Source of the DNA: Podarcis bocagei
Taxonomy: Eukaryota
DNA: 64,000 bases
NCBI GenBank assembly: GCA_964188305.1
Contig: OZ076885.1
Reading direction: 5' to 3' (one strand)
A program made the translations under genes and the position numbers. The notes beneath the pieces were generated by a model that ran no database searches, was not told the DNA's origin, and saw nothing but the letters and a program-made list of their open reading frames with translations. Numbering within the stretch: the first letter of the stretch is position 1; each line of letters opens with the position of its first letter. Shown piece after piece: positions 26,284-39,600 of the stretch.

Positions 26284-29200
26284 CTGCAAGCAGGAAGTAA
26301 AACACTAAATATGCATTTGTGGTGTATTGCAGAGGCACGCTCCTGAAATAAATTCTATGCAGAGAGTTTAGAAGGAATGGGGTGGAAATCACAACGAGGA
26401 ACCAGTGAACTTGAGGAACTTGTTCACTGATTTCAGTGGGCAAGACTTACTCTGGGCAAGACTTAGTGGTTGTCAGTTACTCAAACAAAACAAAAACAGG
26501 CATCTGCAAGACTCCTCAGGATGGAGGCAGTGACTTAATAATTTTGCTTGAACAGGGGCTTTAGAATGCCGCTTCATTTTTCCCCAGGGGAAAAAACTTA
26601 TTTCTGTAGCTTCAGACAAAAAGTTCATCATCTTGCCACAAAGAAGCACAGCACCAAATTTCTTCCTTAAGCATATCCTAGTAACACAATAACAATTTGA
26701 GGAAACAGTCTACTTCACTAAGCCAAAACAAAACAAAAAATTAGTAGTTGAAAAATCCCCGTGCACTTACATTTAGCTCTAAAACTATTCCCAGGCAATC
26801 ATACACTAACGATACACTTGTCGCTAAAGCAATGACAATGACTGTCAGAGCAACGTGGCAAATGGTTGTAAGGTTTCCTTTGAAAAACACGTTTGCAAGG
26901 ACCTGAAACAGAAGCACAGTTCTAAGTACTGTTATGATGTGGCATATTTTAATTTTCTCATCCTAGGGTTAGGCACAAGTCAAAGGAATGGATTACAACT
27001 GAACACCAGACTTCAATGAAAGGCCCTTGCCCCCAAGGCACCCAGGTTCACATAATTATTTATTTTTAAAAACGTTTCCAGAGTAACACATAGCTGCTTT
27101 TAAATTGACCAAGTATGATTTTTTTTTTGTACAGCTGGAAAAATAGATCAATAATTAGATTATGGACTGTTTTTTGTTTCATTTTCATTTTTTAAAAAAA
27201 TAAAAACAAACCTAGGCAGAGGGTTAAGGATCCAGTATACATCGGGACAAAACTGAGGTCATGTACTTCCAAAAAGAAAACAAACATTATCTTTGTCTGT
27301 CAATTAATCTACATTCTGAACCGCTCCAAGATCTATTGGTACGGGGTGGTATACAAATTTACTAAATCAATAATCAAATAAATCTTACATTTCCATGAGT
27401 GTATGCTTATTCCAACATTCTATAAAATGGATGCAAACATTTCAGAGAAAGTTTGTTGGATTTAATACCATCCTTTCATATCCTACAATAAGTGATTTTG
27501 TACATAATAGGAATCCTTGGTTACATATGCTATACCTTCTCCACTGAGCCAGACAGCACTTGTTGCTTCCCATTTTCAGTCACTAGTATATGTGATGCTA
27601 TTTAACTTAATAATATGGCTACCATCTTTCTTGAGCAACCACCCTCTACGCACAATGCCATGAAGCAATGGAAATTCCAGGGCATTACATTTTGGGAAAA
27701 CTAAGATGGCAGCTAACCCTTCAGTCACCCAGAATGAATGAATGCGTCACCGAAAGAAGTGGCCCCCAGCAGTTGCCCAAGAAGATTGGGTGGTGACACT
27801 GAGTCTGCTTGCATTGCAGCCATTGCTTAAACTGAGGAATATTCAGTCTGATTAGGTTTCTGTCTAATATGTCCTATTGTCTATTTCAGCCAAGGATGTC
27901 AATAAGTGGACTGAAATGATTTCTGCAAGAGAAGAAGAAAAAGAGAAGAGTTTGGATTTGATATCCCGCTTTATCACTACCTGAAGGAGTCACAAAGCGG
28001 CTAACATTCTCCTTTCCCCTCCTCTCCGACAACAAACACTCTGTGAGGTGAGTGGGGCTGAGAAACTTCAGAGAAGTGTGACTAGCCCAAGGTCACCCCA
28101 GCAGCTGTATGTGGAGGAGTGGAGACGCGAACCCGGTTCCCCAGATTACGAGACTACTGCTCTTAACCACTACACCACACTGGCTCTCGCATCTGATTCA
28201 TCGCATCTGATTTCTTATTACGGCAACACAACATAATTGTAATTTCCATAGCAGCAGTGTAGAAAACATTAATTTGATGGAACTGTGATCTAAAACTTCA
28301 TTCTTGGGCACTTATCACAGTTCACTGCATTGGGGGCAGAAATTAATGGTGACTCTCTGCAATCTAAGATACAGGTGCGATTAACACTCACCTCTCTGGT
28401 AACAAAGCATTCTATTGGAAACGTTAAGATGACAGTGATTCCATAGCAAAACCTCCCAAACGTGGCAAGGTCATCATCTCGGCAATAGTTCTCAAATATG
28501 TCTCCTGAAGAAGTGGCAGACAATGAAATTAACTTTGTAATGTGCAAGAGAAAACAGAAATTGTGAATACAGACCCAGGCATTCATGAGAACTTTTAAAT
28601 TTGTTCTCAGCTAAATTCCGATAGTTCCAAAGAACAAACCTAGACAGCCACAAATACTGGCTGGATTCCAAANNNNNNNNNNNNNNNNNNNNNNNNNNNN
28701 NNNNNNNNNNNNNNNNNNNNNNNNNNNNNNNNNNNNNNNNNNNNNNNNNNNNNNNNNNNNNNNNNNNNNNNNNNNNNNNNNNNNNNNNNNNNNNNNNNNN
28801 NNNNNNNNNNNNNNNNNNNNNNNNNNGTGTTTGGAAATCCCCTCTGGTTCAACAGTGGTTTGCCACGAGACACAGTGAACTTCTATTTTTGAAACATATG
28901 CCTTCGGTGTATGGCCCTAGCAGCACGGACCATTTCTGCTGTGATCACTCTACAGAATTCGTTCTTAGCTGTGAATGCGAGGGGCATTGCGTATTTTCTG
29001 CTATTGTGGTTTTTTTGGGTGTGTGAGAATCATTTCCAAAAACTAAACCTTGTCGCCGAGCTTGTGCTCAGCATCCTTTGCACACCAAGGTTGCTTTTAC
29101 TGTAGGAGTATTCCTGGCATCTGAAGTAGGGTCAGGGTGCAAGGTGCTTTCAAAATGAATAAAAACGCATGGTCGAAGCAGACAGATTTCCTCTGTAGCT

Positions 29201-32200
29201 GTTATTCTTGTGACAAGAACAATCACTTAAGGAAGAGCTGGGCAAGGGATCTGGGCGCACACACTTCCCATGCCGCAGGATCAAAGCTGGAAGGCTTCAA
29301 ATATACAACAACCTCTGAAGCGTTTGCTATGTATAGGAGTGCTTACGGGAACTTTGGAATGTTACCTTAGGGGTTTTCGCACTCTGTGCACAGAACTATA
29401 ATAGACTGTATGTGGCGGCTATAGCAAAGGGCCTGGGGTGTGGCACAAGTGAAGAACTGTAGCCATTGTCCACATGTCCTGCTTGAAGGCTTCCCAAGAG
29501 GCACCTGCCTGGCTATGGTGGAAAAAAAGGATGCTGGGCTCGTGGGCATTTGGTCTGATCCAGGAGGGCTCTTACGAATTATGTTAGCTCTATGCCCAAC
29601 TCCACCTCTCCCCCAACTCATGTGCAAGTCTTCCAAGAGGCAGATTCCCCCATACAAGGTTCCCTGCAGACATGGAAGCAAATAGATTGAGAAGGACTGG
29701 TTCTGTGTGATCTTCTACTCCTGGAGCAGGCATCATCCTGTAACCTTCCAGGTGTGTCCAACTCCCATCAGCCCTAGCCAGGATAGCCAATGGTCAGGGA
29801 TGACTGGAGTTGTAGTCCAGCAACATCATGGGAGGCCCACAGGTTCCTCATTTCTGTTCTACTCTTCATTTGGTACAAGCTGGATTGGCTCGGCTGGTAG
29901 AGTACGAGCCTCTCAGGTTCAGGGTCATGGGTTCAAGCCCTATGTTGGGCAAAAGATTCTGCATTGGCATGGTGCCAAAGAACATTGTTTTACAGAATTC
30001 CTCATGCTCCTGCAGCCTGGCAATATCATGTTTCTGTTTGTTCAAGAGGTTTCTCAAGGAGAAGAGTATCATTGGGCTTCCCAACTTCGGCACCAGGTCA
30101 TAATAATTAGCATTATACTTGCTCTTTAGAGTAATATAAAGGTAAAGGGACCCCTGACCATTAGGTCCAGTCATGGCCAACTCAGGAGTTGCGGCGCTCA
30201 TCTTGCTTTATTAGCCGAGGGAGCCAGCGTTCAGCTTTCGGGTCATGTGGCCAGCATGACTAAGCCACTTCTGGCAAACCAAATCAGCGCACGGAAACAC
30301 TGCTTATCTTCCCACCGGAGCAGTACCTATTTATCTACTTGCACTTGACGTGTTTTCGAACTGCTAGGTGGGCAGGAGCAGGGACAGAGCAATAGGAGCT
30401 CACCCCGTCGCAGGGATTCGAACAGCTGACCTTCTGATTGGCAAGTCCTAGGCTCTGTGGTTTAACCCACAGTGCCACCCGCATCCCTAGAGCAATATAC
30501 ACTACTTCCAATTCAGGATTATCTTTGGAGAATCTTCAGTATATAAGCCTGAGGTGTGGATATATAGGAAGCCATAAGGCTGGAGTGGGGAACCTCATGC
30601 CCAAGGGTCAAATATTGCCACAGCCGGTTTTCACTCACATCCCTCAACTGCCCTATTTCAGGTCCTCCTTGAGTGCATTTGCCTGGCTAGAATGTGCCCT
30701 TGAACTCTTGGCTGCTGGGATGGGGAGAGAGGAGTGTGCGAGTCTGTGCCAAAACTGGGCTACTGTACAGAGGTAAAACTTACATGGGTTTCTCCACCCA
30801 ATTTTGCCTCTGGTCCCACCCATCCACATGGCCCCTGGAACCTGCTCATGTGGGGATTTTGTTCTGAAAATAGGTTCCCTAGATACTTTTTGGGGTTTTG
30901 TTTTTGGAGTAGGTTTTGCAGATGCTGAATTGTGTACCAGTAGTAAATCCTACACAGAATACCCACAGCCTTGGGTGAGGGAATCTAGGAGAAAAGCTTA
31001 ATGTGGGTGAGAACTGTCAGAAAGCCAAGGTAAACAATAACTATAACCCGGAACGGAATAACTTACCTTCTGTGTATTCTTTAAAGGTCACATATCCGCA
31101 CGTAGCGAACAACAAGCTGACAAACACAGCAAACGAGACGGACACATGCGTGACACGTGCCCAGTTGCTGAGTGTGGGTTCTTTCAGGGAGCCGTAAATT
31201 AAGAAACTATTGTGGTGGCAAATGAATGCTGGAAGAAGCACAACAGTATTTTTATTTATAAAGCAATCATGTGCAATGTATATATTTCTGAGTCAACTAG
31301 ATTTGGGACAAATGTACTGAAAAGCTGAGGAAAGGCAAGCTATTGAAAACAAAGGGCTTGAGCCAAAGTAAAGCACAATGGAAGAATTGTGTACATGTTT
31401 CTTGCTCCCCCATTGAAATTGGTGGGAATTAAGGGCAAACCAGATATATGCACAATGCTTGGCTGCTACTGAACACTTCTTTAGCCTGCCTTGCAGAACT
31501 TTCCCATGTCCTGATGTCACAACATTCTGTTTGTCGCAGCTTCTACCCCACAGGATTGGCTGCTGTTGGCGGAAGGCAGGGAAAACACGTTGCGTTGTGA
31601 CATCAGGACATGGGTAAGTTCCACGAGATGTCACTGGAAGTGGGAACCAAATAGCTAAGAGCAGCCATGTGTTTACCATAATGCCTACTTTTGACCCTTA
31701 AAGTGCTTGACTTTGGTTGGGTCCAATGATGGCGTTGGTGCCCCCTGCTCCACTTGTTCTACAGCGGAATAAAATAGAGGTGCTGCTGTGGCGACCTCTG
31801 GGAGCAAGAACGCCTTCCTGAACACTCTCTAAGGAATTCCCTAACTCCCAAAATCTGTACAGATGGAAATGTCTGTAGGACGTGGCATTTACGGTATCTT
31901 CCCTCAATGCTCCCTCTCCAGAAATGTTGCACAGCAGGGCTGGGTGATCTATTGATATATCATCCAAAACTGGTTTGAAATTTGTATCGTGGTATCAGTT
32001 TCATAATTTTTGACCTGGCAACATATTGTGAATCATGATGTATGTGTCTGTGCACAGGCTATACCAAAATCACAATGTGGGAAAAACCATGAAGCCAGCC
32101 AATGCTTCTACATAGCTCCATCCTTATTTCAGGCATTGTGATTTATCAGTATATTGCAATGTTTAACTGGTGATGTATCACAAAGCTGAAAACAAGATTA

Positions 32201-33601
32201 TCGCCCAGCCCTATTGGACAGCTAGAAGAAACAAATTTAACAAGCGCTTTAGGGAACCTCGTTAGAAGAGTAGCACAAAGGGAAAGAAGAAAATGGGAAG
32301 AACCTTCAAAGTTGGTCTGATCAGTGGAAGAAAGGGTGTAATAATTCAGACCCGTTTTGCCCTAACACAAAGGACAAATCTGGTCGAAGGTTATCTTTGT
32401 ACGTTACAAAACCAGACCCGGATTATTCCAGCAAAGATGGTGATCAGGTGGGTAGCTCCAAGGGATAGCAAAAGGGCAGTACTCCTTTTGGAATATGGTT
32501 CCCATCATCCCTGGCCACCAGCTGTGTTGGCTGAGGATGATGGGAAATGGAGTCCAACAACATCTAGAAGGCCACTAGTTAATGCTCGACATTTCCCACA
32601 AATCCATCAATACTTAAAATAAAACGTTTGCAAGAAAAATAAAAACAAATCTGGAAGAGTAAGAATCTCACTAATGCAAAGGGAACCTAAGGGTGCTACA
32701 TGCGCTGCAGATATTAAAGAAATGCCGCCAAACATGGCACATACCAAATGACATCACCCCGATGGCTTGGGCTGCATTGGGCTTTGCAAACACCCACGGA
32801 TTTTCTGTTTGGGTTCTGGAAAAGAAAGCAGCATTTGAGAGGTTGCCACTTCCACCAGGAATAATTCTTTTTTTTTTTTTTTTTTTTAAAAGCAAAATCT
32901 GAAGGTCAGGAGTAGGGAACCTGTGGCTGAGCAACTGTTGGACTGACTCCAACTCCCATCAGCCCCAGCCAGCTTGGTCAGGGGTCACGGGGGCTCCCCC
33001 CCCCAGCAACATGCTAGCCACTCTTGCTCTAAACAAACTGCCAGGGTAGTCACAGAACCACAGAACTGTAGAGTGGGAAGGGACCCTGAGGGTCAACTAG
33101 TCCACCACCCTGCAACACAGGAATCTCATGTCAATTGAAGCACAAACACTGAAGAGATTTTTTTATGAAACGGAAAGTAAAAAGACTCCCCCCTTCTGCC
33201 GCCTTGCAGCCATCCAGCTGTTTTCTTGTTAATCCGAACTATAGTTAGCGACAGCAAAGCTTTCACATCTCAGTCTACCTGCAGCTTTCTGGACTTGTCT
33301 CTGCTCGGTTTAACCTGCCTCGGGCCCCTTGAGGAGGGCAACGGGGGCACAATAGCCTAGGGTCTCATACCTTCAGTGTTGCAAATCAACACTGACAAAC
33401 TATGTTCTAACTGAGAGAGAAAATGACAGCGACAAAGGGTGCAGTGAGATAGGAGAGGCTCAATTGGATCTGTGGTCCCTGGCTCTCTCAGGCTGAAATC
33501 CTAAACAAACTTATTTGAACCGACCACTGGCTTCCTTCTGAGTAAATCTGCGTACGATTGCTGCCTGGGATTGATGCCTTCCATGCATCATTATATACTT
33601 T

Positions 33602-33669
<68 letters not shown>

Positions 33670-36600
33670 TCATTTGTGGTGTAGTGGTTAAGAGTGGTAG
33701 ACTCGTAATCTGGTGAACCGGGTTCGCTTCCCCGCTCCTCCGCATGCAGCTGCTGGGTGACCTTGGGCTAGTCACACTTCTCTGAAGTCTCTCAGCCCCA
33801 CTCACCTCACAGAGTGTTTGTTGCGGGGGAGGAAGGGAAAAGAGATTGTGAGCTGCTTTGAGACTCCTTCGGGTAGTGATAAAGTGGGATATCAAATCCA
33901 AACTCCTCCTCCTCCTCCTCTTCTTCTCCTCCTCCTCCTCCAAGAAGCCCAGGGTTCTCCTCCTCCCATTTTTATCGTCACAACAACCCTGCGAGGTAGG
34001 GTTAAATTAAGAGTGATTGACCAGCCCAAGGTCACTCAGCGAGCTTCATGGCTGAGTGTGGATTTGAACCCTGGTCTCCCAGGTCCTAGTCCAACACTCT
34101 AGGCACTACTACCATGCCAGCTCTATACCCATATGTGACGTTACAGACCGAAGCCTGTGCATGGGAGAAGCAATTCAAGTTCCAAAGCAAACAGCATCAC
34201 AGTTAAAGCTGTGCAATGCAAACAAATTTTTGCACAGCATGCCATTTGTGCATTTCTGAACTTAAACCACTTTGAATTTGGAAGATCAGATGAACCTCAA
34301 GAAGAGGGAGCTGGCACTGACTTTTCAAAATCTGACTGGGCCAAAAGATTCCTCCCCTCAAGTAATATTGCTCCATGCCAGCGGGGGGGGGGGGGCAGGG
34401 GGTTAGAGAATGCCACCTTTCCATTATTCCCCTACTTCCCAAAATATACAGCATCTTCAAATATAATTCTGCAAGTACAGTCGTACCTCGGTTCCTGAAC
34501 GCCTTGGGAGTCGAATGTTCTGGGTCCCGAACGATCGAAAACCAGAAGTTGAGTGTTCCGGTTTTCGAATGTCCAGCGGGGTTTCCGGGGTTTCCAATTG
34601 GCTGCAGGAGCTTCCTGTAGCCAATCAGAAGCCATGCTTTGGAAATGGAACGTTTCGGAGGTCGAACGGACTTCCGGAATGGATTCTCTTCGACATCCGA
34701 GGTACGACTGTATACAGTTGCCTTCAAACAGGAGTGCAATAAAATGAGATAAAAACATTGCCAGAGAGCAGAATGCCCACCTTCAATAGTCAGGGGCTTC
34801 AGTCCTCATCTCTCTTGACAGGGGAGGCTGCTGCCACCTGCTGTCTCAGCCGCTGCACTTTCAGTGAACTGCAAAGCAGCAGCAGGACACAGCTGCCAGG
34901 CCAGAGGACAGCGCCCAGCTGTCAGGCTTTATCACTGCCGCAGACAAATTAGCTTTTCCAAGCACCATTTACCTTGGAAGATGCAACTTCAGGTTTTTTA
35001 CTCTTGCCAGTTCTATGAAGCTCCCCCTACTCCAGAAAGAGTTTCTTTTGACATCCAATACTCTTCTCAAGTATCAATCAGAACCTGCAGAGCTCCTTAG
35101 CCACCACCTTTTCTTTTATAAATAACCCACCATTTATTAATTAGCAGTTATACTGCAGATTATTCCAGCTTTGGAAATAAATGCTACTGCCATTTATGGC
35201 CCTCTTTACTGCCTCAAAGCAACACAATGGCAAGGGATTGAAATGTGTTTCTTTGCTTATTTGTGGAGTGTGTGTGTGTAATTTGCAACATTCCCACCCA
35301 TATACGTTTCCAGGCAGACAGGATGCATTCTGCTTTGTTCCCGACTATGTTCCTAAGGCATATGTACATTTCCATTGTCTTTCAAGAGGAAATAGAAGCA
35401 AAGTGCTGAAATATCGCCAGAATTAAGCGTCCGTATAACTGCTTTTCTGAAGCAGGAATTAAGGCTGACTACCTTATTAACTATCACACAAAGACACTCT
35501 CCTAGGCAGCTGTTATGTCCATGAGAAAAATAACTCAAAAGTTATTAGGACCTAATAAAAATATTACAAAGGGTCAGCTTTTCAAAGGTGTTTGGAATCC
35601 TTTCTCTCCTTCCATGTTTTACAGTGAAGCATCCAGTTGTAAGAAGAGTTCTGGAAATTTTGAAAGTTCAACCCCTCCATTTTAATATGCCCTAATAAAG
35701 GTCTTAACTCTTCTGTGACTAATTGATGTGAAAGAAAAGCACCTTAAGTATGTGAAAAATGCCATTCTTTCAAGTAACCACAGGGACCCAGACATAAGAC
35801 ATTTGCCCCCACCCCCTTTGCTGGTCATGGCTGGTGTGAGAAAAGAAATTCTTCTGTCAGGAAACTACAGAACACTGAAAAAAAGTTTAAATATAATAGA
35901 AACAAAAGGAGGCATTTCCTCCTACCCCACCCCATTTCATAAATAACACATGCAATTTTAACTTTTCCATTACGTGATGCAATGGCAATTTTGAAATTTT
36001 AAATTTTGGAAAGACCATCAGTCAGTGGAAGATCATCTGCTTTGCCTGCAAAAAGCTCCAGGTTAAATCCCTGGTATCTTCAGGTAGACTTGGGAGAGAC
36101 CCATAGAGACACAGAATCATAGAGAGACGCTGCCAGGCAAGGTAGACAATACTGAGCTGATTTACTATTAGACAGCTTCCTAAGTGGAAAAAGTTCATCA
36201 TGGCTGCTCCCATAGCCATATTCCCAACTAGAGCCCAAAAATGCAAGCAACAGTTGGAATCTGCTAATGCCCAGTTTATTAGGCTCAATATGACTGCAGT
36301 CCTAGTTTCCTGGGAATAAGCTCCAGTGAACTCAGCAGGTTTGTAAGGTTCAACTTGCAAACTATACCGAGCTTTGACCTTCAGCCCTCTGAAACACAAC
36401 TTTCAGCTTTTAGTTAGGAATAAGAACAATCTTACCAGGTTACTATTTAAACGGCTAGTGTAAAGTAGGCACTCAAAGAAAAGGTGAGTAATACCCAGCC
36501 TCTGCATGGCTATTTCCCTCATCCCTTAGTCACTAATCAGTCACAAACAAACTTGGAAGCCTCCTTATTTCCTTATAACAACAATAATAATTGTATTATT

Positions 36601-39600
36601 TGCCCCAGCCACTCAGGGCAGCTTCCAGCATATATAAAAACATAATAACACATTAAACAATAAAAACTTCCCTAAACAGGGCTGCCCTCAGATGTCTTCT
36701 AAAAGTCAGGTAGTTGTTTATTTCCTTGACATCTGGTGGGAGGGTGTTCCATAGGGTGGGCGCCGCTACTGAGAAGGCCCTCTGCCTGGTTCCCTGTACC
36801 CTCACTTCTCGCAGTGAGGGAACCACCAGAAGGCCCTTGGAGCTAGATAAAAGTGCCAAAGCAAGGTCAGTTTGTCATTTATCCTGGTGTGCTAGCTCTG
36901 AAAAAGAAAAATGTACTTGAGCTGCAGTTCCCTATGTCTACACTACTGGTTTCAGTTCAGGCATCATGGGGAACTGATTAAGGAGCCAAGAAGTCACCCT
37001 CTTAAGTCTGTAGCACAACTGGAGGTGGGGGCACTCAAGCTCATTTCTTTGTCATAGTGTCAGCACCACCTGAACTCACTGCTCATTTACCACCAACAAA
37101 CCATTGCTTGATGGAGCAGCTGCATTACATCTGAATAGGGTCTTTGTCTCATTGTCAAGCAATATTTTCTGGAGAGCACCAATGAAATATCCTATGACTA
37201 TGGAATTTAGCTGACGAGGAGATCAAGGTGGTAATGACACACTGGGCCAGAGACCTCGGTCGTAATATTTATCTTGAAGAGTGGGAAAAACTCTGGAAAC
37301 AACATCTTAAATTTACGGCCTGTGTGTCACTTAAGGAGAACTTAATGAAAATGTTTTATCGCTGGTACCTGACTCCGGTTAAACTAGCTAGAATGTATGG
37401 ATCCTGCAATAAATGCTGGAAGTGCAAGGCAAGGGAGGGAACCTTTTACCACATGTGGTGGGAATGCCAAAAGGTCACAGGGTTCTGGGAGAGTATATAT
37501 AACGAAATGAAGAAAATGCTAAGATACACCTTTGTTAAGAGACCCGAGGCGTTCTTGCTAGGTTTGGTAGGAACAGAGATAAAGAAGAAAGATTATAAAT
37601 TGTTCCAATATGGAACAACGGCAGCAAGGGTCTTAATAGCTAAAAATTGGAAACAAGAGAGTTTACCGACAACGGAGGAATGGAGATCCAAACTATTAGA
37701 ATACGTGGAGATGGACAGGATGACAGGAAAAATTAGATATACAAAAGACCAGAGGTTTGTTAAAAATTGGGAAAGTTTTACGAAATATCTGGAAAGCTTA
37801 GTTGATGAACAGACAACGCTAGTAGGTTTCCAAGGTGCTCTGTAAGAGGCAAAGGGTAATGCCAAAAGAAAATGGACGAATGAGAAAGACTTATGGCATT
37901 ACAAATATGGAAACGCGGATTTAATGCTTATTGTTTTTTTTGGACGATTTGTGGAATGACTGAAGGAAGTCCCATTCTTTTCTTTTAGTGATTAGATACG
38001 AGTTTGGATACAGTTTGTTTTGTACTTTGATTTTTGTAAACCAATAAAAATTATGAATGGAAAAAAAAAAGAAATATCCTATGACTAGGCAGCATTATTT
38101 TCCCTGTCATCTTCTCTTTCTGTATTGTTTCAGTGGGTCTGGATTTCCCCCCAGCCATTTTTATTGTGAACACCAATCAAGATGGCAGCTGTGTGGGCCG
38201 AAAAAATCAGAAAAGGCCCTTTCCATCACTACCGTGATTCACCAAATCACCAAGCGTAATTCAAAGTGATGTTGCCATGCTGCAACTTTCCTGCAATTTG
38301 GGTTTACTGCCACAAGAGGCCTTCTTTTGTATCTTAAAACAAAACATGCAAACTCAGCTCTCCCTCAAGCTGGATCCAGCTCTCTTACAAAGCACCAACT
38401 GCCTCTAACCGTGACCTTTATTTCTCCTAGAGAGATTATGGAGAACGAGAAATGACAAGATTACTTACACCTGTGCACTAAATGTGATTGCCCTTATAAT
38501 CCCAAACACCAGGATGAGGACGGTTAAAATCAGAGAAACCAATGATACCTGTGAATAACAATAAAAGCATTAGCCGATTATGCCCATTAGTGGTCAAACA
38601 TTTTAGAATTTCCAAAAGCATAATCTCGTTTGTCAAAGAAGAGAGAATGGACATTTCCATGGGTGACAGGCCAGTATAATTAAAAGACCTGCCATTCAAA
38701 ATGTATATACAAAAGAGGGGGAAAGGCAGAACAGAAAGTATTTGAATTCCAGGCGTAGGCAAACTCGGCCCTCCAGATGTTTTGGGACTACAACTCCCAT
38801 CATCCCTAGCTAACAGGACCAGTGGTCAGGGATGATAGGAGCTGTAGTCCCAAAACATCTGGATGGCTGAGTTTGCCTATGCCTGACATAATGTGTCTGT
38901 TCAACCTTTTTCTCTTCCCATATGTTAAAACTCTTACCCCAGTTATCAACCAAGGTGAACCTCCCCAACTTGGTTCCTCCCTCAGATGCTTTTGACTACA
39001 ATTCCCATCGTCCTTGGCAACTGACCATGCTGGTCAGGGCTGATGTGGCCCAAAACACCTCAGAGAGCACTAGGCTGAGGAAGTTTGATCTGACGCTATT
39101 TTCATTCTTAACCCAAATGGATAAGTTAATTTCTATACAGTAATGATTTACCTTCCCCAATTTTGATATATTTCGAAAGAGGGAAAGAGGAAGGGTGAAG
39201 ATGATGGTGACACAGAGAATAATGACATGGCGACCAATGAGCAAATTGTCTTGATCGACTGCTTAAAAAAAAGAGAGAAATGTTAAGATGCATATTTCTG
39301 TAAGAAATGGATGTTAGGTTGCTCATTAAATGTGAAATGTACATGATTTTTTAATGTGTTGAATGTCTAAAAATCTGTTCATGAAATGAGGACAGGTAGG
39401 AGGGGAACAAAAAATGTGTGATTTTTGGAATATTTATATAGCACCAACATTATTTAGGACAACGCACCTCAAAATACTTGCCAACAACATTTATGCTAAG
39501 GAGTTATATTACAAAAACTCAGACTGCAATCCCCTGTCATTGGAGTATACCTCATTGAACTCAGTGAGGATTACTTTTAAGAAAACATTACAGGATTACA

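Noticed and set aside
28673-28826. Hidden SLC38A11 exon in the assembly gap
   Set aside because: Exons 9 and 10 join in phase with continuous protein similarity (YTE-GDIFENYC).
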